From the human T2T-CHM13v2.0 reference genome, Homo sapiens, in assembly GCF_009914755.1 (NCBI RefSeq), contig NC_060934.1: a stretch of DNA of 64,000 nt; one strand, 5' to 3'. Under the pieces are notes generated by a model. It was given only the letters and a program-made list of their open reading frames with translations, was not told the origin of the DNA and searched no databases. A program made the position numbers and the translations under genes. Every line of letters begins with the position of its first letter. The first letter of the stretch is position 1. Positions 15,368 to 28,220 of the stretch are shown piece after piece.

Positions 15368-15634
15368 TTTATTTATTTTAATGGAAATGGGGTCTTTCTC
15401 TATTGCCCTGGCTGGAGTGCAGCAGTATGATCCTAGCTCACTGCAGCCTGGAACTCCTGAGCTAAAGTGATCCTCCTGCTTCAACCTCTCTAGTAGGTGT
15501 ATACCACCATTTTTTTTTAGAGATATGATTCTGATATTTTGCTCAGTCTGGTCTCAAACTCCTTGCTCAAGCAATCCTCCTACCTCAGTTTCCAAAGTAC
15601 CTGGAATTACAAGCATGAGCTACCACGTTCAGCT
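15368..15634 (-). mobile_element. AluJ, diverged, with internal deletions
   Basis: TGATCCTAGCTCACTGCAGCCTGGAACTCCTGAGCT (J-type). TSD CAATGTAGA at 15358-15366 and 15637-15645. Confidence 0.85.
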
Positions 15635-15659
15635 CCCAATGTAGAATATTTTTTTAAGT

Positions 15660-15812
15660 CACAAAGAATGATAGATGCTTGAGCTGATTGATGCTCCATT
15701 TACCTTGATATGATTATTACACATCATATGCCTGTATCAAAATATCTCATGGACCCCAAATATATATACGCCTATTATGTATCCATAAAAATAAAAAATA
15801 AAAAATATAAAA
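15660..15812 (+). mobile_element. L1MA 3'-terminal fragment
   Basis: ATGCTTGAGCTGATTGATGCTCCATTTACCTTGATATGATTATTACACATCATATGCCTGTATCAAAATATCTCATG followed by an A-rich tail. Confidence 0.8.
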
Positions 15813-16514
15813 AGTCAAGTAATAATAGTTGTTGCCTGATTGATAATCTGCATAGGTCAAGGGTATAAACTCTTGCTGAGAGGATCATTATCTCCTGTTA
15901 CAGGAGATGCAGCCTGTTGGCTGGTCCCATGATTGATTCTGAGGAATGGGCACCTTAGCCAGAATAGTGGCGGATCAGCTAGATGCGCTGATGCATGGTT
16001 GTCTTTCTTCAGGCACGACAGGGCCCATTCTTTGTTCCTTTACCACCTGGGAGTGATTCAGACAGGAAAAAGGTAGAGCTGCCAACTTGAATTCTATCTT
16101 CTCCTACCCTCATTTTTTCAGCTGTGCTGCACACACTGTCTCCCTTGATACTTAACTCTGTTCTCTTCAACTAGGTCCTATTTCCTGGACACAGCCAGGG
16201 GCAGTTCAGGACCAGCTTTTAGAAGAATCCATGCTGAGCTTCTCTAATCCTCTACAGGCTCTTCAGGAGCAAGAAGCCTGCTAAAAGCTGCTTGGGATGT
16301 GAATAAAACAAGTCTCTGCACATAACAGATGGCCAATCAGATCTTTAATCAATCTATTGGCTAAGAAGGGATAGAACTCTACAAAGTTAACATAAGATTC
16401 AAATTGCGAATTAGTACTTTAAACACAGAAGACACTATTATTCTTATGTACCATATGTTATGAAACACACACACATATATATGTATATATATTCAGTATT
16501 GGAATAAACACAAT

Positions 16515-16660
16515 ACGAAATGGTTCAAGATCTGGATTCTATTCTTGGCTCAGCCACTAACTTGCTCTGTAACTATGGACAAATCACTTCAACTCCCTAG
16601 GCCCCTTTATAAAACAAAGAAATCCTAGATGATTCCTAACAACTTTCACTCCTGAAGATC
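16515..16660 (+). mobile_element. MIR
   Basis: GATCTGGATTCTATTCTTGGCTCAGCCACTAACTTGCTCTGTAACTATGGACAAATCACTTCAAC. Confidence 0.7.
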
Positions 16661-16705
16661 TATTGCTATTTAAGAACAAGATTAAAAATAATGAGGAAAG
16701 CATCT

Positions 16706-16721
16706 ACATATATCTCTCTAT

Positions 16722-16752
<31 letters not shown>

Positions 16753-16758
16753 TATATA
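16706..16758. repeat. (TA)/(CA)n microsatellite
   Basis: Direct reading. Confidence 0.85.
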
Positions 16759-17014
16759 GGCATCTATATCAAAGGGATGGTTCAACAATAAACCAAATGT
16801 TTGCAAGACATATCACTCAAAACTAAATCACTCCTAGTGTATATGTCAACACAGGTTTTACTAAATACAGTTTGAATTAGGCTGCAGTAAAGTGAAGAGC
16901 GCAATGAATAGTATATTTCTGTCAACTTTTTGCTTAAGAAGTACTCTTTCTGTTTCCTTTTTTTCTGCCTTTCCCTCCTTTCTCTAGTTTAGTATATATT
17001 TTAAGAACAGTTAG

Positions 17015-17175
17015 CCAGATTGAGTTCAAAGCAAAGGTCTGCTACTATCTAGTTGTATGAATTTAGACAATTATTTAACTGTTCTGTGTCTCATTAAAAA
17101 CAATTATAATGGTAGTACTTATCTTAAAAGGTAGTTATAAGGATTTAATGGCATTATTTGTAAAACCTTTGAACA
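17015..17175 (+). mobile_element. MIR
   Basis: TTGAGTTCAAAGCAAAGGTCTGCTACTATCTAGTTGTATGAATTTAGACAATTATTTAAC. Confidence 0.65.
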
Positions 17176-17519
17176 TGGGAAGAACTTGTATGTGTTAAAT
17201 CTTCCGATGTAATTAATAGAGAGTATATTAATATCTATTTACTCTTTACAGGTGGGTGATGAAATCTGGAGGAAAAGATAAAAAAATTGATATGGACTGT
17301 GTTAAGTGTCTATAGGATATACACTATCAATGTTGGGCAGGCAGTTCAAATTTTCAAATCCAGTCTAGAGGGAGATCTATGCTGGAGGTTTCTATTTGAC
17401 AGGCTACCTATATAGATTTTACATCTAGAAATGACTGAGATTAGCCATGAACAAAAATTGTGTGTGGGAAAAGGGAAGAGGTCAAAAAACAGTACATTCT
17501 TTTCTTCTGACACCTACTC

Positions 17520-17667
17520 CTTTTTATTCAGTTTTATTGAGCTATAATTGTTAAATAAAAGTTGTGTATATTTAAGGCATACAATGCAGTCTTTGGATAA
17601 GTAGACCTTGTGTCATGATTCCCACTATCAAGCTGTCACATACCCACCACCTCACATAAGTTACCTT

Positions 17668-17701
<34 letters not shown>

Positions 17702-18413
17702 TATTAGGCCATTCTTACATTGTTACAAAGAAATAATGAGGCTTGGTAATTTTTAAGAAAAAGGGTTTCATTGGCTCATGGTTTTGCAGGCTGCACAGGA
17801 AGCACAGTGCCAGCATCTGCTTTTGAGGAGGCCTCAGGAAGCCTCCAATCACAGTGGAAAGTGAAGGGGGAGCAGGCTTCTCACATGGTGGGAGCAAGAG
17901 CAAGAGAGAGAGAGCGAAGTACCACACAGTTATAAACAGCCAGATCTCGAGAGAAGTCACTGAGGACAACACCAAGAGGATGGTGCTAAACTGTTGGTGA
18001 GAAATCCACACTCCAGGTCCATGATACAGTCACCTCTCACAGGCCCCTCCTCGAATACTGGGGATTGCAATTCAACATGAGATTTGGGCAGGGACAAATA
18101 TACAAACTATGTCAGCGCGTACGTGTGTGTATGTGTATATGTATGTGTGTATGTATGGTGAGGACACTTAAAATTCACTTAGCAAATTTTCTGTGTACAG
18201 TATGTTATTGTTAGCTATAGTTATCATTACTGTGCATTAGATCTTCTAGGATTTATTCATCTTATAGCTGAAATTTTATACTCCTTTGACCAATATCTTC
18301 CCACTTCCCCCACCCCATAGCCTCAGTCAGCCACCATTTTACTTCCAGTTTTCTAAGTTTGACTTTTTTAGATTTCACACAGAAGTGATAAAATGCTATT
18401 TTTGTCTTTCTGT
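17520..18413 (-). mobile_element. L1MA9/10-like 3' end, interrupted by (TG)n and MSTA
   Basis: TTTTATTGAGCTATAATTG...ATCAAGCT...CCACCTCACATAAGTTACC, then GGTGAGGACACTTAAAATTCACTTAGCAAATTT after the LTR. Confidence 0.8.
17700..18114 (-). mobile_element. MSTA (MaLR) solo LTR
   Basis: TGTATTAGGCCATTCTTACATTG ... CAACATGAGATTTGGGCAGGGACAAATATACAAACTATGTCA. Confidence 0.92.
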
Positions 18414-19256
18414 TGATACGAACTCTTAAGGAGCAGCTTAAGGTAAAGGAGCCAGTGGAAGATACTGACAGAGACAGGCAAAAGCACTAGAAAAAGAGAA
18501 GAGAATTGTCCCATAAAAGCCAAAGTGTAACGTTTCAAAAAGGAGGCACTTGAGTCAAGTTACATAGACTTGAAACCAGATAAAGGCTGAGAAAAAGTCA
18601 CTGCATCTGACAATGCCAAGATTATTGCTAACCTTTGAGAGAGCAGCCTTGGAGAGATGTTGATGCAAAATTTCATTTGGTTAAGGAATAAATGGGAAGT
18701 GAAAAATATGAGGCAGGGAATGTAGATAACTGTTTCAATATGTTGTCAGGTAAATGGAGCTCATAGCCTGATAGAGCTGAGAACAGGAACACAGTAATCC
18801 TCCTTGGTATATATCAAGGGAGTCTATGAATTTTTAGGTTATAACTAAATATTTGCACATTTCATCTTGTGGTAGTCTGAAATCCATGATGTGGAATAAA
18901 GGTTTCATTGGAAAATAGTTTAAGACTATTGTGATAATGTACAGAACTTCAGGGGATTAATGCTAAAATAACTACTTAGTAAATATCAGAAAGGCTATAC
19001 TTTTAGCTTGTTGCTATGGGACCAAGCCTGTGTGATACCCAACAACCATGAGTTAAGTGGCAAAACTTAGTTAATCAGCTCGTCGTTTTGTCTGCATGGT
19101 GCCAAATATCTGCTTTGACTGATTTTCTCACTAAATTGACTCAATCAAACATTTGTGGTGTCATCGTTTAGAGAAGACCCTAGGTGTTTAAAGAGAGCAT
19201 TGCTTACCTAAATTGTACTACATGACTGGAATTTACTCATCCATAAAGGCAGTAAG

Positions 19257-19312
19257 TATGTGTGTGTGTGTGTGTGTATATGCACACACGCAAACACACA
19301 CGCACATATACA
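19257..19312. repeat. (TG)n/(CA)n compound microsatellite
   Basis: Direct reading. Confidence 0.8.
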
Positions 19313-20354
19313 ATCTTCCTACTGCATTTAGCTATCCAGAGGACATTTTTTAAGTTTTAAATTTTTTCTTGATATTTAGCGTTCTCAGGGGGATAATTTT
19401 GTGTATTGTGTTATTGCCTAGCACTATTAAGTCAGAAGAAACTGAGTCAAGTTAATACTCATAAAGTTCCTTCTATTTAAAATGGCAGAAAGTGAGGGGA
19501 AGGAAGAAAGAAGGAAAAGTGCTAAGGACTTGAGATATTAATAGTGTAAAAAATAAAGACAGACAGGAAAGCTGGAGTTAGGGGAGCATTGCTTTTGCCA
19601 ATCAGAAGGAAGCTAAGGGCAAGTTAGGAAATCCTTGCTGATGGATTCAGTTCTTATCTTGGATATCTATTCCAAATAACAAGGCAAGACATTTTGAAAG
19701 ATTTCTGGGGTCACAGCTAAAATTTTCAAATCAGGATTAGTTTAAATCTCTAGATCTCTGACTCACGACCTCCTAAACAGAATGTAACATTTTCTATCAG
19801 AAGAAGGAAGGCAAGTTAATCTAGGGGAATGTTTTAAGCAGCTCCCAGGAAGAAACATTTTTATCCTTTCTATTTAAATAGGAAGAAGGGCTAAATTTAT
19901 CTGTAAAAGACCATTGAATTGTCCAATAAATGTCATTGTGACTGCTTTCAAATAAAATAGCATATGCTGAATAGGAAAAGGCCAAAGAACGCAGTATGAA
20001 TACCATTATTATAAATGACTGATTCAATTGATGTCACCATTTTAGATTATTTCACCATGGAAGAACCGTAATGATTTTGAATATTTGTTATTGCAAATAT
20101 TTTTTATGGAAAATTACTCCTTCTGAAAATAGATTTTGAAAAATATATGTAATGTTAATGCCTGACATGGTGATGTCACAGGACAATTCATTTAATTAAG
20201 AAAGCCCGTGAATGGAGGCATACTCCTGGCTCACAGAAGCATGAGAAGGTACAAATATGAATTGGCCCTAGTTTGTTCTGTTTCAGAAACAGCGACTTTA
20301 GATACACACGTCTTAAAAGGGAAGTTCCTTCATTTTGTGTTTACTCCATAGAGC

Positions 20355-20388
20355 AAAAAAAAAAAAAAAAAAAAAAAACAAAAAAAAC
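20355..20388. repeat. Poly(A) tract with no attached SINE body
   Basis: Long A run interrupted by one C. Confidence 0.9.
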
Positions 20389-20557
20389 CACAGTAACTCC
20401 ATTAATAGAATTGTAAAGATGACCAAGTTAGACATAATTATTCTCTCTTGCTTTCTATGTTCACATATTCCTTATTGTTTTCTCAACTAGGTGTTTATAT
20501 TGAGTTCTGGTTTTTAAAAATTTTATTCTCAACCAGCAGTCAATAAAGGTGTAGGCT

Positions 20558-20852
20558 GGACGGGTGCAGTGGCTCAAGCCAGTAATCCCAGCACCTTGGG
20601 AGGCCAAGGCAGGCGGATCACAAGGTCAAGAGATCGAGACCATCCTGGCCAACATGGTGAAACCTCATCTCTACTAAAAATACAAAAATTAGCTGGGTGT
20701 GGTGGCACGCGCCTGTAGCCCTAGCTACTCAGGAGGCTGAGGCAGGAGAATTGCTTGAACTCAGGAGACGGAGACGGAGGTTGCAGTGAACAGAGATCAC
20801 ACCACTGCACTCCAGCCTGGGCGACAGAGCAAGACTCCACCAAAAAAAAAAA
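20558..20852 (+). mobile_element. AluSc
   Basis: GTCAAGAGATCGAGACCATCCTGGCCAACATGG diagnostic. 6-bp internal duplication GAGACG. Confidence 0.93.
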
Positions 20853-21104
20853 GGTTACGATCTAGTCCCTCCAGGGTATACGCATTTACAACAATCCATC
20901 AACAAATCCTCACTGTGTATATCTTATATGTGTGGCACAGTGGAGTTACAGAAGACCTAGGTCTTGCTCAGAGTGTAGTATCTTCATTGAGTAGATAAAA
21001 TATGGTACAAAGAGTAATAAAATAAAAATCATACCTGATTAAGTACTATTGATAAAATCACTGTCTTACATCATATCATTCCAAACAATTTAGTAATACC
21101 GTAG

Positions 21105-21335
21105 TATATAGCCTGCTAGTTAAGATGACAGAATCTGGAGCCAGCCTACTTGGGTTCAAATCCTAGTTCTGCTATGTACTAACTGCATGACCTTAGTCAA
21201 GATCTTTAAACTATATGTGCTTCAGATTCCATATATTTAACATGTGGACAATTATAGTGCCTGACAGAGCTGTGATAATTAAATTCATATTATATATTAA
21301 AATACTCGGCATATACTTACATAGTGTTTACTATG
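21105..21335 (+). mobile_element. MIR
   Basis: TCTGGAGCCAGCCTACTTGGGTTCAAATCCTAGTTCTGCTATGTACTAACTGCATGACCTTAG. Confidence 0.8.
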
Positions 21336-21484
21336 TTCTAAGTGTTATTCTAAGCTTTGGTGTTAGTATAAGTAGACGGTGGCATAGCCAGGTACCATAG
21401 TTTGTACAGGAAACACATAACAATTGTCCTTTTACATGCTAAACACATTACTGGCTTTGAAATAGAGAAGATATAATATAGGCT

Positions 21485-22235
21485 ATTTATTTGGTTCAAT
21501 AATAAGTACCGAGTACTTACTTTAATGATTGTTCAAGATACTGTTATGTGTAGTAATTATTACAAAGTCATTGCCATCATAGAGCTTATAATCTTGTTGA
21601 GAAGCAGATAAAGAGATATGTGGTTGGATGATGTCAAATGATAATGTCTGCTCTGATGGTAAAGGTATAGTGAATGGAGCAGGTGCCATTTTAAGTAGCA
21701 CTGTCAGGAAATAATTCTGAGGAGTTTGTCTATGAGCTAAGTCCTGGGTTTAGTGAAGGAGAAAGGCTATGTTACTATCTGGGGGATAAACAATCCTGTC
21801 AAAGGAATGGTAAGTGCAAAGTTCCTGAGACTGGAATGTACTTGGTATTTTCAAGGACGAATGAGGAGGTCAGTTGGTTTGATGTGGAATAAACAGAGTG
21901 AGGGAAATGAGTATAACGAGAAGGTCAGGGGCCAGATCCCATAGAAGCTGGTGGACAAGTGTTTCAGTCTCAATGTGTAGGCAAGTTATTGGAGGATTAT
22001 GGGCCATGACACGGAATGATCTCATCTACATTTTAGAAGTATTCGAGAGGTACATGTGTGGCTTACAGTCCAGGGTAGGCATCAGACCGACAGTAGAAGC
22101 AAAATGACAGGGACTTCTTGCAGTTCAGATGAAAACTGGGACTTGGGAGGATGAACGGTGGAGGTAAGAGCTGTGTGGGATTTGAGATATATAATGTAGA
22201 AATGAGAGAATTTTCTGACAGTATCTAAAAGAGTG
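21485..22235 (-). mobile_element. L2 fragment
   Basis: CCATCATAGAGCTTATAATCT...GTGCAAAGTTCCTGAGACTGGAATGTACTTGG...GAAGGTCAGGGGCCAGATC, typical antisense L2. Confidence 0.75.
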
Positions 22236-24024
22236 AGAATATTGTTTCCATAGGGCTAAGCTTGAATTTGACCTAAATTGTGAAAATATAAATTATTCAC
22301 AAGTGACTTACTAGTAATGGATTACTTGTGACACTTCACTGCCACCCCCGCCACCTTAGTATGATTCCACAGCAGGGTCTGAGTCCCATAGCTGCAGGTT
22401 GTGACTGGAGTGTTCTGGGAAGGAAATATGGAGCAGCTGAGGTCTGAGCCAAGCCTTTAATGAGTGGGTCAGAAAAAAGAGGATAAAGCCATCCCATTAA
22501 TGGCCAGATGTGGAACATGCCACTCTCTCCAGACCCTAACACTGATCCTATGAAACAGAATGAAAGACAGTGAGCTGACATTTGGGAGAAAGAAGTGTGG
22601 GTCACTTTTCTGTCTAATTAACTGCTACACACATTCCTTTACTCACTAAACTCTCCAGAAAAGTATGCAAGAGGAGATATCTTGATAAGAAAAGAGAAGA
22701 ATTTGAGCGCACTTTCCAGCAGTATGTGTCATTCCTCCCATCTGTGGGAGTTGTGGGGTGGGTGATAAGCTCTGCTAAGCAAGTCTCTCCAACATTCTTT
22801 TCAGGTTTAGTAGATAAACGTGAACAAAAAGAACTCATCACATCTAATTAACTTTATGGGGTTGTTTGATAGGGCTACATCTGCTTCTTTATGTGGTGAC
22901 ACTAAATGTATTCTCTTCTTCACTGGAGTCCAGATGGCTACACAGCAAAGGATAGAAACCACATAAAAAGCTTGATGCCAGTGTCCGAGAGATGGTCAAA
23001 AAGTCCCTGACCCTCAACTGCAAGGCAGTGGGTTTCATTTAGCTCAGTGACACCAGTAGAAGGGGACATGGATTAGTGGGTATAGGCAGGAGGACAGCAG
23101 GAGGGTGACTGCACATTGGGCTCCCTCTCCCTGAACAGGTTCTCCAGCCTATGCCCTCACCTGTATTTTTCCTATTTGTATGCCCTTTTCCACCCTCTCC
23201 ACCTGCTGAAATTTTAGTTGTTCTCCAAAGCTGTATCAATTGGGAATATAAACTGTGTTTCATTTCCCACAAAAAGTTAAAAAAAATCAACAGGTAGGAC
23301 AAAATATATATGGACTTAGATAATTAAAATACACAGGCAAGACCAGAGGTGGAGGTTCAGCTTTGAGTATAGCTGAGTTCAATGCTTAAATGATATCAAT
23401 AGTAATGTGAGAACAGCTTAGTTATAGAAACACAGCCATACCATAGAAAGGCATTTATCCTGTGGAAGAGAAAAGAAGCTTTCCTGTTGGGTCAAAGACA
23501 GAACTAGGTTGATTGACTTGTTATGGATTACGTTTTCACCACTGAACCAAACATTGTGGCCAGGGCCATGGACTCTGTTGACTGGCCCAGATCTTGCTGG
23601 GTGCTCAAGTATCACTAGATAGAATTAGTAGCACCAAATCACAAGCGCCAAGAGTGGGTTCTAGAGCGGGAATTCCTCACATGAAAGGGAGATCATAAGA
23701 ATCTGTTGTAGCAGATGGGATAAGTGGTTGCTATATGAAAAAAATAAAAATCCACCACCAAACTACAAATGCCTACTGAGGAGACCTTGTTTATATTTTC
23801 TTTGGTTTAGGAACTATTTTCTGACATCCCAGCCAGAAGTGAAAACTTTTTCTCCAAACTCTGCTAAGCAGTTTTGTTTGCCTTGTTGTATTTATTTGTG
23901 TGTGTGCCTTCCTTCTCCTTTTATAATCCTTGATGAAAGGGACTGTGCTTGCACCTGAATTGAACACAAAATATAGCACAGCATGTTGCATAAAGAAAGT
24001 GTGTCATTAAGAAGGGGTGTTACA

Positions 24025-24268
24025 CCGCATGTTCTCACTCATAGGTGGGAATTGAACAATGAGAACACTTGGACACAGGGAGGGGAACATCACACACCAG
24101 GGCCTGTCGTGGGGTGAGGGGTCGGGGGAGGGATAGCATTAGGAGAAATACCTAATGTAAACGACGAGTTGATGGGTGCAGCAAACCAACATGGCACATG
24201 TATACCTATGTAACAGAACTGCACGTTGTGCATATGTACCCTAGAACTTAAAGTATAATAAAAAAATA
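24025..24268 (+). mobile_element. 5'-truncated L1PA (PA5-PA7-like), 3'UTR only
   Basis: CCGCATGTTCTCACTCATAGGTGGGAATTGAAC...CCTAGAACTTAAAGTATAATAAA. 16-bp TSD AAGAA(G/A)GGGTGTTACA at 24009-24024 and 24269-24284. Confidence 0.95.
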
Positions 24269-24499
24269 AAGAAAGGGTGTTACAGTGTGTATAGATGAAT
24301 TTTGGATTTAAAGAATAGGTTAGTATCATTTCTAGAACAATTAAATAGGTGTCAGTAATTAGGAAATCATGGAAATCAATAATGGACAGTCTTGTGGGAT
24401 TTCTCATAACAACATCAGAGATTATTTACTCTTCTCATTTAGTTTTATAGATCCTTACTTACCCACATTGATTTCATTTTTCGAAAAATATTAACCAAT

Positions 24500-24725
24500 A
24501 TTTGTCGAGTGCCTTTTACTTACAGGAAGTGAACGAGGCAATTTTGGTATGTAATCTCACTTCTCATAACAAACCTAGTATTGCTATATCTATTTTATAG
24601 ATTGTGAATCTGAAGTCTAGAGAGGTGAAGAGAGGTTTAGAGGTTAACTGCAGAACCAGGAATAGAAATTGGATTTGAATTCAGATCTGTTGGATTAAAA
24701 AACATGAATGCTTTCACCATACCAT
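24500..24725 (-). mobile_element. MIR
   Basis: CTATTTTATAGATTGTGAATCTGAAGTCTAGAGAGGTGAAG...GGATTTGAATTCAGATCTG. Confidence 0.65.
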
Positions 24726-25004
24726 AAATATCTCAGGTTTATGTTTTAATATTTACATTTCCTGGATTTCATCATGTAGAAGTGATCTGATGCTTTTTCT
24801 CTGACACCTATTGAAAGGTGAGGACATTTCTTTTTTTTTTTTTTTTTTTTTTACCATTTTCTTGTTTTTTAAGATCCTAATACTAAGTGATAATATTTTT
24901 TGCTCTTTCTTTTCTTCCTTTCTCCCCCTTCCTCCTTTCTTTCTGTCTTTTTTGTTATTATTTTTGAAGAACCAGTTGTGGAGCCTTTAACATTTAGAGA
25001 GATA

Positions 25005-25250
25005 GAATGGTGTTTGGGTTCCCAGTTTGGCTTCTGGGTGTAGGCAGACTTAGGCTCAATCACTGCTTTCATGACTAACATTACTATGATCTTGAACAAG
25101 ATAGTAAAACCTGGTTTCCTTTTTCTTAAAATGGCTAATAACAATAGTACTTACGTTATAGGGTTGCTATGAGAAATACATGCTATATTTTCTTAAAGGA
25201 ATTAGCTCTGAGCCTGGCACATAGTAAATACAGAATAAAATATTTGCTCT
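25005..25250 (+). mobile_element. MIR
   Basis: TTCCTTTTTCTTAAAATGGCTAATAACAATAGTACTTAC...GCCTGGCACATAGTAAATAC. Confidence 0.75.
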
Positions 25251-26799
25251 TATTTGCCACTATTTAACTCAGGAAGTAAATTTGATCTCCCATACTTTAT
25301 GATCTTAGAATTGTTTGTAAAAGTTGCATATCTATTTCTAGGACTAAAAAGTGGTATTTTTGGAAATTACTAAGATATATCAGTCAAATAAAGGTTAATA
25401 AGAATTATTTATGTACATAGAGGATTAAATGTATAAACCAATAATGAAAGAACCCTGTGGCAGCAAGCTCTCAAGGGAATCAGGAGCTCATATAAATGGA
25501 CTAAAAAACCTCATATAAATCAGTTTCTAATAAGGTCAAGTCCATCTTATGAGCAAGAGAATAGGTCCAATATCCTATAGCAAACTGAAATGTGCAAAAC
25601 AAAAATTAGCCAATGAAACTGTTGAAAATATTTTGCTTTTTATTTTTTTTTTCTCACTCGAAAAATGTGAGAAAGATCGGAGGCATAAGATTCAAACAGG
25701 TCATTGTTATTTTTAACTGTAACAGTCCCTCCACTCTGTGAAAGAATGCTTTTCACAGGATCTTTGGTTGGATCAGATCATTGGCTTGGAAGGTAAAGGA
25801 TGAAATCGTAAATCTTGAGTTCTAGGTAGCAGTAGGACCTGCCATTTGAAATGACCGATAGATAACACAAAAGAAAGGGAGATAGCGGATGGATCATATC
25901 TAACATCTGCAGAGTTAATGATAGTTCCTTCTTTCTGCAACCTGCTCTAACATTGCCCTCTCTCCAATGTCCTGTGGTTGCTAAGCAACCTCTCATAGAT
26001 GTAGTGGAGTGAGCAAGATCTGTCAAATTCATTAGTTTTGCCTTAAAGAGGCAGTGTCTGTAATGAAAGTGAAAGTGCTATACTTTGTCTCTGTTTACAC
26101 TAGTGTAGACTAGCAAAAAAAACTTTCTCTTTCTCTTAACCCCACCCCTTTCTGAAAGTCTTTCAGATGCAGAAAAGACTTGAGGTTAAAAACTGTTTCT
26201 TATACAGGGGAGGAAGCAAAGTAAAGAAAAATGATCAAGTTGAAAATGTGCACTTATTTTAACATTTTCCATTTTCAGTTGCTCTGGAAGCAAGTTACAA
26301 AATCTTGTACAATCTTGAAATTCAGCAAAAGAAGAGCAGTAGGGAAATTAATGGTAGTTTTGTCCAAAGGAACATATACTTTAAGGGAAGAAGAAATCAT
26401 AGCTTTTCCTATCCATTTATTACATGTTTCTGGGAATAGCTGGTATTTTCCGTATGTGTGAAATATGTACCTGAGACAAAATTACAGTCAGGAAGTAAAG
26501 GCAGGACAGTTAAGACTGAGGTGGCTATTACACACACAGCCTCTATTTCTGCATTTTAACTTTCTTCTAAATATTACATTAGGACTGGAATTTCTTACGT
26601 TTGATTTCTTCTAGTTGAACTATTATTTTTTTTCTGGAGACTAGAATAGCCTGTATTTCTTTCTTCAATGAAAATCTGATGAATCTCTTTAAAATAAAGG
26701 CTTGATCTCTTCGCATGAAATAGCTACACAGGATAAGATGGTGGTAGCATTCATTTTGGAAGCATGCAAATATGAAATTATGGCTTAATTGCAATTTAT

Positions 26800-26980
26800 T
26801 TGTTGGGTGATATGGGATGAATCATTTAAACCTTGCTAATTCTTGGTTTTCTGATCTATAAAATGAGAACACTAAAAATACTGTCTCCTGAAGTTGTTGC
26901 AAAGATTAAATTACATAATCCATGTACAGTGCATATACAAGTGAATTATACAAAATAAATGTCAAATAAATATACTCGTT
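26800..26980 (+). mobile_element. MIR
   Basis: TTCTTGGTTTTCTGATCTATAAAATGAG...GTTGTTGCAAAGATTAAAT. Confidence 0.65.
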
Positions 26981-28039
26981 ATTATTTTTGGGTTTGGTTT
27001 TCCCAGTAATTTTGCATTTTTTAAATGTTTTATTGTGGTTATGTGTTCAACAATACTAAGTATACTAATAAAATTAAAAAGTCAAAAGTGAATATCTTCA
27101 TTCAAACCTCAGAATTATCCTAACCCCACCCCTGTAGGACAGAAACATTTACATCTTTTAGTAGCCATAAAAGTTAATATTTTTAAAAAATACTTTTTTT
27201 TCCGTTCCATTGAATGTCAGAGTTTCTCGCCGAACAGAAACTAGCATTTTGTGCTGCTTGTAAGTCCATCCAGGTGGGGTTGGTAAGGGATGATGACTCC
27301 ATGCTTTCTCTCTCTGCCCCAACTTTAGACCAATAGAGTCTTGCATTCAAGCAATAATGCCAAGGAAAAAAAATAGACTGGCAAAGTTAATCCAGAAGAT
27401 TTCTAAAACAAGAGGAAGAATTCCAAGTTTCTAGGAACTTACTGGATTTTCATTATAACTGGATCAGGTTGAAAGTCCAGAGGGTTTTGTAATACTTCCA
27501 CTTTTATAAATAAGAATTGAATATTTTATGTCCACTGTCATGGCTCTGTACTCACATTGTCTGAGTGATTTTCATACTTTCATTTTCTCTGTAGCCACAC
27601 GTTACTCATCAGCATGTTTAAGAAAAGCAACTGTATGGCAATTTATTGATAATAACTTTTAGAATGGAAGAATTTAGAACTAAAATCAAATTTAAAGTAT
27701 ATTTTTATATGCACATATTTTAAATGTGGTATAAATAATTCTTAGTAAGAAGATACCTAAATTAGGAAAGTGAATGGGGATTTGAGTGATTCATTGATAG
27801 ACTTCATCACTGACCTTACTATGTTTTTCTCTTTCTAGTTCCTCAGCAAATAAATAAGACCAATAACATACTACCCTGTGTGGCTTTCAAGAAAACTGTT
27901 ATTAATAAATAAGAACATCTCTAACTCCTCTGGAGAAAGAGCATCAGGAAGAGGATTTCTGGGGAAATTTCCAGTGATCCAGCTGGATTTGAGATGAGGA
28001 TTATTTCTATGATTTCTCCATGTGGGTGGCAATATTTTA

Positions 28040-28220
28040 TAGTGGTTAGGGCTGTGTGCTTTGAATCAGTGAGACCCAGATTTAGATCTGGATTCTGCCA
28101 TGCACATCCTTAATCTCTCTCTCTCTACATCTTGGTTTTCACTATAAATGGAGAGGGCTGATAGAGTTGTAATGCCTCCGTGCCTAGCACAGTGACAGGA
28201 ACATATGTGAGCTGTTACAG
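28040..28220 (+). mobile_element. MIR
   Basis: TAGTGGTTAGGGCTGTGTGCTTTGAATCAG...GCCTAGCACAGTGACAGGAACATA. Confidence 0.65.

Larger units (their letters stand above)
17250..18735 (-). mobile_element. L2 remnant split by an L1MA + MSTA nest
   Basis: L2-like purine-rich sequence at 17250-17500 (CCAGTCTAGAGGGAGATCTATGCTGGAG) resumes at ~18420-18735 (TTAAGGTAAAGGAGCCAGTGGAAGATACTGA). Confidence 0.6.

Noticed and set aside
20355-20388. Poly(A) as the tail of a processed pseudogene
   Set aside because: No TSD, upstream polyadenylation signal at the right distance, or recognisable mRNA body.
26270-26460. Possible coding exon after TTTTCCATTTTCAG (VALEASYKILYNLEIQQKKS...)
   Set aside because: No convincing in-frame donor or recognisable homology, so it is unsupported without RNA data.
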